Origin: Eledone cirrhosa
Lineage: Eukaryota
Direction of reading: 5' to 3'
Length of the DNA: 64,000 nucleotides
Assembly (NCBI GenBank): GCA_964016885.1
Contig: OZ024753.1
Coordinates: forward strand, 310,001-374,000
Shown here: positions 1 through 11,777 of the stretch, piece after piece
How positions within the stretch are numbered: position 1 is the first letter of the stretch
How the letters are laid out: each line of letters starts with the position of its first letter
Notes under the pieces: model-generated
What the model saw: only the letters and a program-made list of their open reading frames with translations
What the model was told of the DNA's origin: nothing
The model's database searches: none
Made by a program: the position numbers and the translations under genes

Positions 1-138
1 CATACACACACACCTAAAGAGAGACAGAGGGATAGGCAGAAAGAGAGAGATAGGCCGTTATACAGAGAGAGATACAATTAAAGTCTTAGATATTCAGAGA
101 GAGGGAGAGAGAGAGAGAGAGAGAGTGAGAGAGAGAGA

Positions 139-197
<59 letters not shown>

Positions 198-381
198 ACG
201 TCCCACGAAAGTCTATAAACGGCTTAAACTATAGATCCTTTGATCTATAGGAAGGTTTAACAATATTGCGTTAGCTTTTATAAAGTCTTGGATTTCACAG
301 GACAAAGAAAATATTGATACTATTTGAAATTAATCTATCCTCCAGCTTTTATCCATATACTACTTACAGACCATACTAATG

Positions 382-565
382 AAGCAACACTTCAGAAGCA
401 ATGTTATGCGATATATTGCTGTATTTCAGATGACATCCTTTGGAGCTGACAAAGATCATACTGACTATGGTTATTTGACAACATTTAAAATCCAAGGCCA
501 ATGCTACCATTTAATTGGCAGTTTACTCCCCCAGACTAATAAGGAAGTTTTATGATTGTTTTTTT

Positions 566-637
<72 letters not shown>

Positions 638-741
638 TTACGGTCTCACCTCATAACCAGACAACATCCAATACAGTCGTTTTCTCTTTTATCCGTCTTC
701 TCTTAACTGTTCTCCCGGGCGAAGCCGGGTACCTCAGCTAG
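382..741 (+). mobile_element. Helitron derivative: RepHel N-terminal coding remnant plus 3' end
   Basis: 382-531 translates to KQHFRSNVMRYIAVFQMTSFGA...TTFKIQGQCYHLIGSLLP, matching the conserved Helitron FQMTSFG...FKIQGQxYHxIGSLLP block. A GC hairpin (cccgggcgaagccggg) is followed by CTAG|T at 738-742. Confidence 0.8.
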
Positions 742-881
<140 letters not shown>

Positions 882-992
882 TAGGTAATTCCGAGGGAAA
901 AGCAAAGGAAAAAAAGAGTGCTCTATGTATAGAACAGAGCTATTTAATTAGAAAGTGAACAACACAAAATATAACTACTCCAGACAGAGATT

Positions 993-1060
993 CTCTGTCT
1001 GATGACCGATCCAGGCGTATATTAATATTGTTTGGGATCCAGAAACCTTTCGTAATGGAG
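993..1060 (+). ncRNA. Type I hammerhead ribozyme motif inside a fold-back island (arms 948-982/1056-1090)
   Basis: Stem I ctctgt/atggag; CUGAUGA at 999-1005; stem II gatcc/ggatc; GAAAC-ctttc-GUA. Confidence 0.6.
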
Positions 1061-1083
1061 TAGATATATTTTGTGTTGTTCAC

Positions 1084-1119
<36 letters not shown>

Positions 1120-1121
<2 letters not shown>

Positions 1122-1324
1122 AGGGGGTGTAGCTAGGAGTTACTGCAGGTTCACCCGTGAGAGCACTCGATGTTTAGGTTCACTTCTGTGATGAGGTGTA
1201 GAGCTGCGATTATTGAGTCGGGTAGCATCGATACACATCGAACCTTGAGCTGATCAGTGGCGAAACGCGCGTCACCTATCAATAAATGCAATGAGGGAGT
1301 AATCAATCGTCCTTGTTATCCTTT

Positions 1325-1327
<3 letters not shown>
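1120..1327 (+). mobile_element. TA-flanked repeat island with decayed hammerhead (GAAAC-GCGC-GUC)
   Basis: Palindromic stem III and aggt/acct stem I are present. The long stem II resembles 22694-22786, but the CUGANGA box is degenerate. Confidence 0.4.
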
Positions 1328-1378
<51 letters not shown>

Positions 1379-1739
1379 GAGTGCATGTGTGTATATATAT
1401 ATACATACTACTGTACGTCTGTATACATATATGTATATACGTGTATATACTTATATTTAAGTAACAGCCGTACTAAGAGTGGGAAATGAAATTTCGTTTC
1501 ATTTTTTCCGTTTATATATATATATATATGTCAACTGTGGATGTCGGTGAGCATGTCCAGCTAACCTCAGTCACCCTCTTCCAGTGTGTCCATGTCCAGC
1601 TAACCTCAGTCACCCCTCTGTCACTTTTGAGCTGACTTTTGGGAGGCTCTCATACAGCTCTCAGTTTCTCATCCTCAGTGTATACTGATTAATGTTCAGG
1701 GCCATCCTCAGCATTCTCGTGTTGACATTGCACTCAGTG

Positions 1740-1916
1740 CTCCCGTGGGAGCCCCTACATGGACACACTGGAAGAGGAAGACCAAGGTTAACGTATGTTG
1801 ATGCCCTAAGGACAGACACTGGTCTGTTGGAGACGCAGGACATGGCAGCGATAATGAGGGACAGAGACCGCTGGAGAGAACTCGTCCATGGATCTCGGGA
1901 ATTTTACCCGCCTTAG
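1740..1916 (+). mobile_element. RTE-clade LINE 3' end fragment
   Basis: [22 protein letters not shown]...MRDRDRWR C-terminal motif (GRP...DR..W), followed by (TA)n. Near-identical copy at 50049-50208. Confidence 0.75.
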
Positions 1917-1924
1917 ATTATATA

Positions 1925-1974
<50 letters not shown>

Positions 1975-1981
1975 CATATAC

Positions 1982-2027
<46 letters not shown>

Positions 2028-2062
2028 ATTGTAATGTCCAGTGGCTGTAGGTTCACCAGAGT

Positions 2063-2132
<70 letters not shown>

Positions 2133-2305
2133 AACAAGATTCAACGTATATATACATATGGGGGTATATAAAAATTGTATACGTAAGTAAATACCTATAT
2201 ATGGATATATATATCTTTTCAAGTATCCCCAAGTATCGAGTACTCTGGTGGCTTATGGCCCACCTGGTATTTTACCACACCCTTTCTGATATATATATAT
2301 ATATA

Positions 2306-2445
2306 TGAGAAAAACCACAAACCCTCCATCTCAACTCTACTTTTGAAAAGCACAAGAACTGCGAAACCGGTAAAGGAACCAAATAAATATATTTTAAAAA
2401 AAAAGACTCCAGTTGCATTTTTGATTTCATCTTTTTCCCTTATAC
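2306..2445 (+). repeat. Interspersed repeat with degenerate hammerhead (TTGAAAA...GAAACCGGTA)
   Basis: Similar copy at about 42970-43090. Palindromic ACCGGT stem III; the core deviates from CUGAAGA. Confidence 0.45.
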
Positions 2446-2496
2446 TTTCACTCGTGTAGGACACCTCGGTCTTTTCATTTTGTAAAAAAACGTCCC

Positions 2497-2544
<48 letters not shown>

Positions 2545-2621
2545 GATATATTTATATATATAGTACATATATATATATATATCAGATATATATATATATA
2601 GTACATATATATATATATATC

Positions 2622-2674
<53 letters not shown>

Positions 2675-2680
2675 TATATC

Positions 2681-2713
<33 letters not shown>

Positions 2714-2716
2714 TAT

Positions 2717-2814
<98 letters not shown>

Positions 2815-2864
2815 CATATATATATATATATATCATATATATATATCAGATATATATATATATC

Positions 2865-2922
<58 letters not shown>

Positions 2923-2974
2923 TATATATATATATATCAGATATATATATATATCAGATATATATATATATATA

Positions 2975-3056
<82 letters not shown>

Positions 3057-3058
<2 letters not shown>

Positions 3059-3243
3059 CGAAGGAATTGTGGTAAGGAACCAGATGGACCATAACGCACC
3101 AGAGTACTCAATACTTAGGGTAGTAGAGTGGTTAATAGGAAAAAGTATGACCCCGACGGCAGAGCTCAAGCCGTTTCGACGGCTATTTCTAGAAATAGCC
3201 GTCAATAGCCGGCTTGAGCTCTGCCGTCGGGGTCATACTTTTT

Positions 3244-3248
<5 letters not shown>
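3057..3248 (-). mobile_element. TA-inserted fold-back element (family A) carrying the 3' half of a hammerhead
   Basis: GAAAC-GGC-ttgagctct-GCC-GUC-ggggtc. Related copies at 14941-15135, 26558-26730 and 39426-39515; diverged copies at 2222-2290 and 9160-9225. Confidence 0.65.
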
Positions 3249-3311
<63 letters not shown>

Positions 3312-3518
3312 AATGTACTCTTGAAACTTTAATACATGAGTCAGACAATTGACATGCGCGAATCTTTTCGTTGCGTCAATGAAATTTATAGTTGCAGTTA
3401 ACTATAATGTTTGTGTATTTATTTATTTGTATATTTCACTTTCTTATATTCACTTCAATCGTAAGATGTCACGTCACATCCGTCTCTTCGCTGTCGTATT
3501 CATCCGATTTTACTTTTA

Positions 3519-3930
3519 TCAGACCTGTCACCCTCTAAAAACCCAAACGGGAAGTGCCATGAAAAAAGATCCCCAAAACGGGGAGAAATGAGGCAAAATG
3601 GGGAGGATTTTACATATTGGTTTCTAGTATAGACACAAGACCAGCAATTTTGGGGGAAGGGAAAGTCGATTAAATCGACCCCAGTACGTTACTGGTACTT
3701 TATTTTATTGACCCCGTAAGGATGAAAGGCAAAGTTAACCTCGGCGGGATTTGAACTCATATCGTAAAGGGTCGTAACTCTATGCTGCAAAGCATGGCGT
3801 CCGACACTTTACCGATACTGCCAATCCACCGCCCCTGGAGATTTTACCTAATGAAAGCTATAGCCATTTTTACAAGAGAAGACATCTCTCATCCAACCCA
3901 AAGTGGGTCTGGGAGAGTTGACAGGGTTGT
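3519..3930. mobile_element. MITE-like element (cagacctgtca...tgacagg) interrupted by a SINE
   Basis: Terminal inverted motif. An uninterrupted related segment lies at about 31005-31121. Confidence 0.5.
3615..3834 (-). mobile_element. tRNA-derived SINE, full length
   Basis: Reverse strand has box A (tggcagtatcggt), box B (gagttcaaatccc) and the central gcctttcatccttacggggtc...aagtaccagt motif. Flanked by the approximate TSD ggagattttac. Confidence 0.85.
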
Positions 3931-4147
3931 CTTAGTTCCTTGAGGCGGCAAATTGGCAGAGCCATTTAAATATGAGATAGAATGCTTTGCGGTATTCGTT
4001 CCGTCTCTACTTTCTGAGTTCAAATCCCACCGAGGTCAACTTTTCATTCCATTATCTGTTAACTTACTCTACAATGATTTAAATAACCTTTCAACAAGAG
4101 AACGATTGCTCCACTTACTATTAAACATCCATTTAACGATACCAGAT

Positions 4148-4292
4148 AATGATTTCTACTATAGGCACAAGGCTAGCAATTTTGGGAGAGGAGAAAATCG
4201 ATTAAATCGACCCCAGTGCATTACTGGTGCTTTAATTTATCGACCCCGTAAGGATAAAAGGCAAAGCTAACCTTGGCGGGATTTGAACTCAG
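4148..4292 (-). mobile_element. SINE, 5'-truncated (same family)
   Basis: ggcacaagg...cgaccccagt...ggatttgaactcag. Confidence 0.8.
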
Positions 4293-4364
4293 ATAATATA
4301 TTATAATTATAATTTGCAGTCACTAATTTTATATTTTCACATTTTATAGTATCACTGCATACAA

Positions 4365-4563
4365 CAGGCATGTCAAACATGCGGCCCTTTACAAGCACAC
4401 CCGCGGCCCGCACAAAGGTTTTTACAGCTCGAGCATGTTTTATCTTCGGAATATAAAATAAAAAACAATTGGTGTAATGTGTGCAATTAGTTGTCGTGCG
4501 TGACCCTCAGACAACATATGTGACCCATGTGACCCTCGGGGGATCCTCAGTTTGACATGCCTG
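4365..4563. mobile_element. hAT-type MITE
   Basis: 14-bp TIR CAGGCATGTCAAAC/GTTTGACATGCCTG; 8-bp flanks gcatacaa/gtatataa (6/8 match). Confidence 0.8.
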
Positions 4564-4831
4564 GTATATAACATAAATGAAAAAAAAAAAATTTAATTAT
4601 GTTCATGCAAACCAATATCAATAATAATTTCCAATCATAATGTATCAATATATGCTAATTTGAATTTCTCGTCTTTAGATATTTCATAACCAAATATTAT
4701 TCTATAACATGTGTACATGTGACTTTCGGTAAACCACAATCTAAACTATAATAAAGTAAGAAGCGCGGGACTGTGTACGGTTTATCATTTTTTATCCCAT
4801 TAGTAAAATAAGTTGGATTGCTTTGAATAAA

Positions 4832-5056
4832 TAATTGTTTCTACTTTTGGAACAAGGCCAGCAATTACCCAGTACATTACTGGTACTTTATTTTATCGAC
4901 CCCGTATGGATGAAAGGCAAAGTTAACCTCGGCGGGATTTGAATAAATAATGAATAATAAATAATTGTTTCTACTTTAGGCACAAGGCCAGCAATTATCC
5001 AGTGCATTACTGGAACTTTATTTTATCGACCCCGTAAGGATGAAAGGCAAAGTCAA
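4832..5056 (-). mobile_element. Two tandem truncated SINE copies
   Basis: Repeated SINE 3'/central region. Confidence 0.8.
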
Positions 5057-5542
5057 TGAAAGTAATGAATAATAAATAATGAATGAATATTACATAATTT
5101 ATCTACTAATGTTCATTAAATATATTTTATTATTTATTTAAAGATTCACTTCTTTAAAATTTTCAAATGTCAACACTTCCGGTGGCGATCGCTTAAATAA
5201 ACATTAATTTTCTGTCACTAATTTTCTCCTAATGCAGTTTATATATAATATCGTCTTTTTTTTAATGTATCATGGATTACGTTACTGATTATATAAGACA
5301 GTGTAACGTTGTCTTCATTCAATTTCTGTGTATATTGTCAATTACGATTTTATTTGATGTATCATATCTACATGTATATATACCTGCGTATAATATCAAT
5401 ATGCACACTACTTATGCTAGCAGAAAACCACATGGTGGTTTTTCTGTTAATTGTTGTTAAAAATGTGTTCTAGCGATATATGATCTAAGACCAATTTAAA
5501 TCTAAAACTAAACAGAAAAATACCGTACCCTTTGATTATAAG

Positions 5543-5688
5543 AGTCATGGGCAAACTGCGGCTCATTTTGATTTCTGAATGGTACGCCTAGTTTCAAAAT
5601 CACTTCGAATTGTTTTAGTAGTACGGCCTGCTTTACAATAAGCCACATCCAATTCGGCTCACTGCTCGAAGACGGTTGGCCATACCTG
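5543..5688. mobile_element. Degenerate hAT-type MITE
   Basis: Ends catgggcaaact...ggttggccatacctg. Confidence 0.45.
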
Positions 5689-6157
5689 TATATATAATCG
5701 TTAAAGCTTCTCTCTTAATATTTAAGTTTCTTGTTTCAGCTGTTGTTAATATACTTGACAGATATAATATAGGGTGGCCATCTTGTAAAAGTATTCCTGA
5801 TAGATATATAGAGTAGGGCATAGATGTTATGTGTACGAAAGTTAAAATATACTTAACAATCTCTCTTATATAACAATTATACACCACCCCCTTCATTCTC
5901 ACTAAGCGTAAAGCTAATAACACTATGTACCATTGACTCCTGCGTTTGTTTGTCATTTTGAACTATACACACACACAGATATATACGGTATACACACACA
6001 CACACACATATATACAGTATACACACACACATACATACATATATATACATATATATACATTTTATATATATATACATACATACATATATATATATACATA
6101 CATATATATATACATACATACATATATATATACATACATATATACATACATACATAT

Positions 6158-6768
6158 ATGGTGGCTGCCAACTCGTTTTCGAGTACGGCCACTACTTTAT
6201 ATCCATGTAGGAGAACTCCTACCGATGCGCTGAACGAGTGTGACTTTTTAGTCCAGCCAGCGACTTGAAAACTCTGGTACAAACACTACACTTGTGACAA
6301 TTATTGATACATAGTGCTGGGCCCATGGTACCATGTGACGACAAATGCAGAGAGATCTCCATATATAAAGCAATGCCTGTGCCGTGAAGCTTTTATAGTG
6401 AACAAAGGCATTGCACAAAGCCAGTCCCACTCTCTTAACCAAGATGATATGTACCAAAAAGAAGAACAACTCAACATCATTGGATACCATCAGGGTTGCA
6501 GGTGTTATATCAGAGTTTTCCTTCTCCTATAATTCTGCCTTGACAAAGGCTAAGGGGTCATCTCTCCCGGTGATTTTGGATGGCCATTGACTCTTAAGAG
6601 CTCTTTTGCCCTTTGACAGGTTTTGTTTTTAGTCCTGCAGGATGTCCAAAGTCACCCTCCTCACCAAGAAACCTTGGTGGGGTTGCCAGTTTAGTCGCCA
6701 ACGACCCGACCATGAGACAGGTTGTACTGGGATACACGTTACCAGTAGCACCAACTGGTGACCTGACA
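6158..6768 (-). mobile_element. About 610-bp non-coding interspersed element flanked by (CATA)n
   Basis: Diverged copy at 19133-19768 (split by TA) and an inverted partial copy at 50982-51245. Confidence 0.7.
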
Positions 6769-6929
6769 TACATACATACATACATACATATACAGTATAT
6801 ATATATGTGTTTTTGCATAATATGCCACGAAACTACGTAGTTGGGGACTATAGAAGCAGTTTAGGTATGATATATCTTATTACTAATTATATCTAATGTT
6901 TCTTCTCTCTTCATAATGTATTATATATA

Positions 6930-7009
<80 letters not shown>

Positions 7010-7429
7010 TATATTATATCAAATTATATTATAAAACGCATTGCCTGTCTTTTTAAATTGATTTGTCACCAAAGTTCTTTGAAATTCAGCAACAGGCTCT
7101 GTTTTTTAATATCATGATCTTTACACCAGCAACATTGAACAAAGTTTCAAATGAGATGCTGAAGTACATACATTTCAATGGAAGATATATACCAAACTGA
7201 CAATTGATTTTTACACATCTTGGTTTACTGAAGGTTAATATTGATTTATATGCAATCCAAAATGTTAATCGTATCGACACTGACATATAAGTTTAAAATG
7301 CCAAAACACAGATGAGAAGGTGACTGTCGTATGATCAGAATGACTGGTAAAGGGATACTCAGGGACGCCAGCTGCATTAAAAATGAACAGGAAATTTTCT
7401 AAAACCAATAAAGTAAGGTTAAAAGTTTT

Positions 7430-7706
7430 GGGGTCACCAGGAACCTCTCCTCGCCATTGTCAAGAGGAGGAAACTGATATGGTTTGGCCACGTCACATGA
7501 CATGACAGCCTGTACAAGACCATCATGCAAGGCATCATTGAAGGTGGACGTAGGAGGGAACCCCAACGCAAAAACTGGTTGGACAATGTCAAAGAATGGA
7601 CACACATGACTACACCAGATTTATTGACGGCCGCCGTTGACAGACTATTTTGAGTGTGTGTTGCTTCTGCAGTAGGATTCCTCCGACGACTACAGAAGTC
7701 AAGGGA

Positions 7707-7746
<40 letters not shown>
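7430..7746 (+). mobile_element. RTE (BovB-like) LINE 3' end with (TGA)n tail
   Basis: LLAIVKRRKLIWFGHVT*HDSLYKTIMQGIIEGGRRREPQRKNWLDNVKEWT with internal stops, followed by tandem TGA. Confidence 0.85.
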
Positions 7747-7747
<1 letters not shown>

Positions 7748-8211
7748 ACTTGATGTGGTGAGCCAAGAACTTTCAACTAATCCAAACTACACCCTTGGTA
7801 ACAAGAACAAACGTTATCTAAATGACTGATTCTGCAGAGAAAGGATGAACGCTAAAGATGGAACATAGTACCTTGAGACTAGCAAAATAAAAAAAAAGGT
7901 TATATTTCATAGATTGTAAGGCCGTCTCAGCAAAAGTATTACCATAGAACAATTGCTTTTTCAGTTAAATAGCGCGATAAATTTTTAAAGGTTTCATTAA
8001 ATTAAATAAGTATTTTATTTAAAGAATAGAATAATATTAGCAAATATTTCAAAGAAAAGTTTTTAATAAGGTTTTAATTAGGTGAAAAATTCGTTCTTTT
8101 TTTTTCTAGAAGAGAACCAAATGTTTCTTCCATCAAACTCTAAATACCAACAAATTTAGCTTGAATTAGTTGAATTTTGATACGATTTCTTTCAACGGTA
8201 ATACAACAGAA

Positions 8212-8429
8212 AATGATTTCTACTATAGACACAAGGTCAGCAATTTGGAGGAGCGGAAAGTCGATTAAATCGACCCCAGTGCATTATTGGTGCTTTATTT
8301 TATCGAACCCGTAAGGATGAAAGGCAAAGCTAACCTCGGCAGGATTTGAACTCAGAACATAGATGGCCGTAACTCTATGCTACCAAGCATGGTGTCTGAC
8401 GCTCTACCGATACTGCCAATCCTTCGCCC
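8212..8429 (-). mobile_element. tRNA-derived SINE, full length
   Basis: Same family as 3615-3834. Confidence 0.85.
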
Positions 8430-8800
8430 TTACAACAGAAAACAATAGCCACAGATTTCGTATGGAACACCTTAATAGTCAGCGAATAAGAAAAAGGTTA
8501 AATAATTTTACTAAAAAGTTAAATTCGAATGTTTTGAAGCCTGTTCAAAATGCCCTTGCACGATTTTTCGTTTTATCATTAAAACATCATTGGTTTTCTA
8601 GAATGTCATTAAAAAGATTCTTTGTTCTATTTAACAGATTTAAATAATCAAAATAAATAATTCTATCACGCTAAAGCAAACTTCTGGAAGCGTTTCCCCA
8701 TAATATTATCGAGTAATAAACTTCGTTCCGTGGAGTTGCTAAAAATAACGATATGTGATTCAATATTGAGAAAAATATATCTCTCGCGAATATGAGTAGC

Positions 8801-8911
<111 letters not shown>

Positions 8912-9254
8912 AGAAGGTAGTACAGCATAATCGAATCTCTGGTTGCGGGCAAGCTAGCGAATGCTGTCGGGAAGTGCAGCCAAAAGCATTCAATAGGGAA
9001 TTTTACCTTAGAGTTATAAAATTACGTTTAGACAGCTATGCAAATTGAAGGCAGCGAATATATATATATATATAAGTTTAAGTTTTATTTGAACATCATT
9101 AAGTTTGCTTGCCATGTTAGTGCACGATCGTTCGTTTGAGCAACCAAATTTTGAAACTCGATACTTGGGGTAGTAGAGTATGGTTATATTACAATGAGTC
9201 GGGACCCCGACGGCTGAGCTAGTTCCAGGGTGATTGCCGAAGGCCTTTGGTTAA

Positions 9255-9326
<72 letters not shown>

Positions 9327-9327
<1 letters not shown>

Positions 9328-9464
9328 AAATATTTATACTCAGCTATGTATTGAGTACCTTACTAACTGTGGTTACCCCCGATTGAACCCGGGATAAACA
9401 TTATATATATATATATATATATAATTGGAAATCAGTAAAATCGAATCTCTGGCGGTTTGCAAGT

Positions 9465-9552
<88 letters not shown>

Positions 9553-9705
9553 TATATAATGTTTATCCCGGGTTCAATCAGGGGTAACCACAGTAAGTAA
9601 GGTACTCAATACATAGCTGAGTATAAATATTTAAAATATTTAATATAGAAATGGCTTCTACAAGACTAGAACTGTTTCATTCGGAAGAAATCATCAAGAA
9701 ATCTC
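9327..9705. repeat. Inverted repeat pair (9327-9403/9557-9632) with adjacent degenerate hammerhead on the minus strand
   Basis: Arms of about 77 bp separated by TA tracts. Related copy at 26773-26920. Confidence 0.7.
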
Positions 9706-9726
9706 TCTCTCTCTATATATATAAAA

Positions 9727-9935
9727 TATATAAGAACCCTAGAGCAAATATTTATTAAAATAACAGATTAAAGTTTAAGCAAAGAATCGCTGCTTTCACC
9801 CTTAACGGGATCTTTGCTTAAACTTTAATCTGTTATTTTAATAAATATTTGCTCTAGGGTTCTTATATATTTGATATATATTTATCCTTATCGAGCCCTC
9901 TTTGAATTTTAGTCTTCAAATTTGTTATTATTACT
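9727..9935. repeat. Fold-back island (arms 9727-9785/9811-9869)
   Basis: Perfect inverted repeat of about 59 bp. Same family at 60645-60968 and 62690-62920. Confidence 0.8.
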
Positions 9936-10056
9936 ATATATATATAACGTGTGCGTGTGGGTGTATGTGATTTCATAATCATTAAACATTTTTTTTTTCC
10001 TACAATACTGCATTTAGTTCTCACACCGGGATGATTTAAAACAGATCCATTGAAAT

Positions 10057-10097
<41 letters not shown>

Positions 10098-10474
10098 AAA
10101 GTCTTGAAACATCTTGAACTGTTACGGAAATAGCAATTATGGTAGAATTCGTCGTGTAGACGTTGATACTGTGGTATCAAATTTTGCTGTAGATTTCTCT
10201 ACAGATTGACATACAAGTAAATTAATTGCTCTCATGCACAAACGCAAAGCGTCATTTGATTCTTAATACGCTAACTGGCAATTCTTTAGAATAACGCGGG
10301 GTGGGTCTGTTCTGGTTCGGTTAAATCAGATCCTTATTAAGTATTTGTACTCAACTAAGTAACCTGGCATCAACTATGATAAAGTAATTCAAAGATATGT
10401 TCTGATGAAATAATATATACACATTGCTTTTATTATATACATCCCTCCATCAATATATCTATACATACATACAT

Positions 10475-10559
<85 letters not shown>

Positions 10560-10566
10560 CGTGTGC

Positions 10567-10626
<60 letters not shown>

Positions 10627-11029
10627 TCAAATGTTAGACTACGCTCTTTTCAATGTGACAGGGGGCTTTATATTAAAATACGAAAATGTTTTGAGACAAG
10701 TTTAATTTAAATTAATTGAAAATTATTAATCACTTCACGTAATTAAAAACTTAGGCCACCATTTAAAGATCAGTTTTAATTAACTATTCCCATTTAGATA
10801 TATTGAATACGGAGAATACATAATTTAAAAAAATACAACAAACAACAAGCAGTATATTCTTGTCTGGTTCATGTCACTGAAACATTTGTTACAATTGAAC
10901 AAAGTAACATTAATCTACTGTTCTACCATTGTTGTATCTCCTTAGGCTTGTATTTATTGAGTCTCGATATGACTTTAAAATCTGATCCTAGATTTTAGTA
11001 ATGAAACATTACAGCCATATTTTCTTGAA

Positions 11030-11295
11030 CGTCGATGTTTGAGACTCAGACTTTAGAGGATCAGAGAGAATCGCTGGACAGATTTTACGAGCAAAAACCA
11101 ACCGGTAAGAGACTCAGCGGTAGATTCAAGCCAGATGGTTGGATAACACCCATGAGCATGGCTGGTCACGCTTGGGGATCCAGCCGGATCAGTTGGAGAC
11201 GGTTGCTTCTGACCTGGATCCGCTGGAAGAGTGTTTGAGGACTCTGTCCTCCCACTCTCATAATCTCTTCGGGAATAAGTGGGCAAAGAAGAAGA
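11030..11295 (+). mobile_element. RTE (Rex3/Expander-like) LINE 3' end fragment
   Basis: Frameshifted KPTGKR..GR...RW.D....AWSRLGIQP-type C-terminus. Related copies at 16410-16690 (-) and 33110-33195 (+). Confidence 0.65.
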
Positions 11296-11777
11296 ATCAG
11301 TATTGGGCTGAATGATTTGTGGTGGTAAAAAATATATTCTTTTTTCACATGTTTAAATTTTCAATGAAGTTATATATATATATACAGACACGTCATATGT
11401 ACATGAGAGAGAGAGGGGAGGGGGAGATGGGAATCGAAAAGAGAGGAAGAGGCTATGAGATCGAGAAGGTAAGCGGGTAAGCAAAGTACCAATGTACATA
11501 GAATGAGTTTACAAGATGAATAAAAGAAAATACTCACTATTTCTAACAATATTCGAACTTGTGTTTCTTGGACGGAATTTCCCAAAATATTGACAACATT
11601 TTCTTCAGAGTTTCTTCAGAATTATAACGCACCAGTTTACCTCTGGCTCTTTTATGCATGAAAAAGCAATACATGAGCAACACGGAAAATATTTGTAAAT
11701 TGTTCAACTTTAACCCTTTCGAGGGCCACTGGTCACAGTTTATCTTTCTTATCTGAAAGTGTGTGACTACAGGTATG

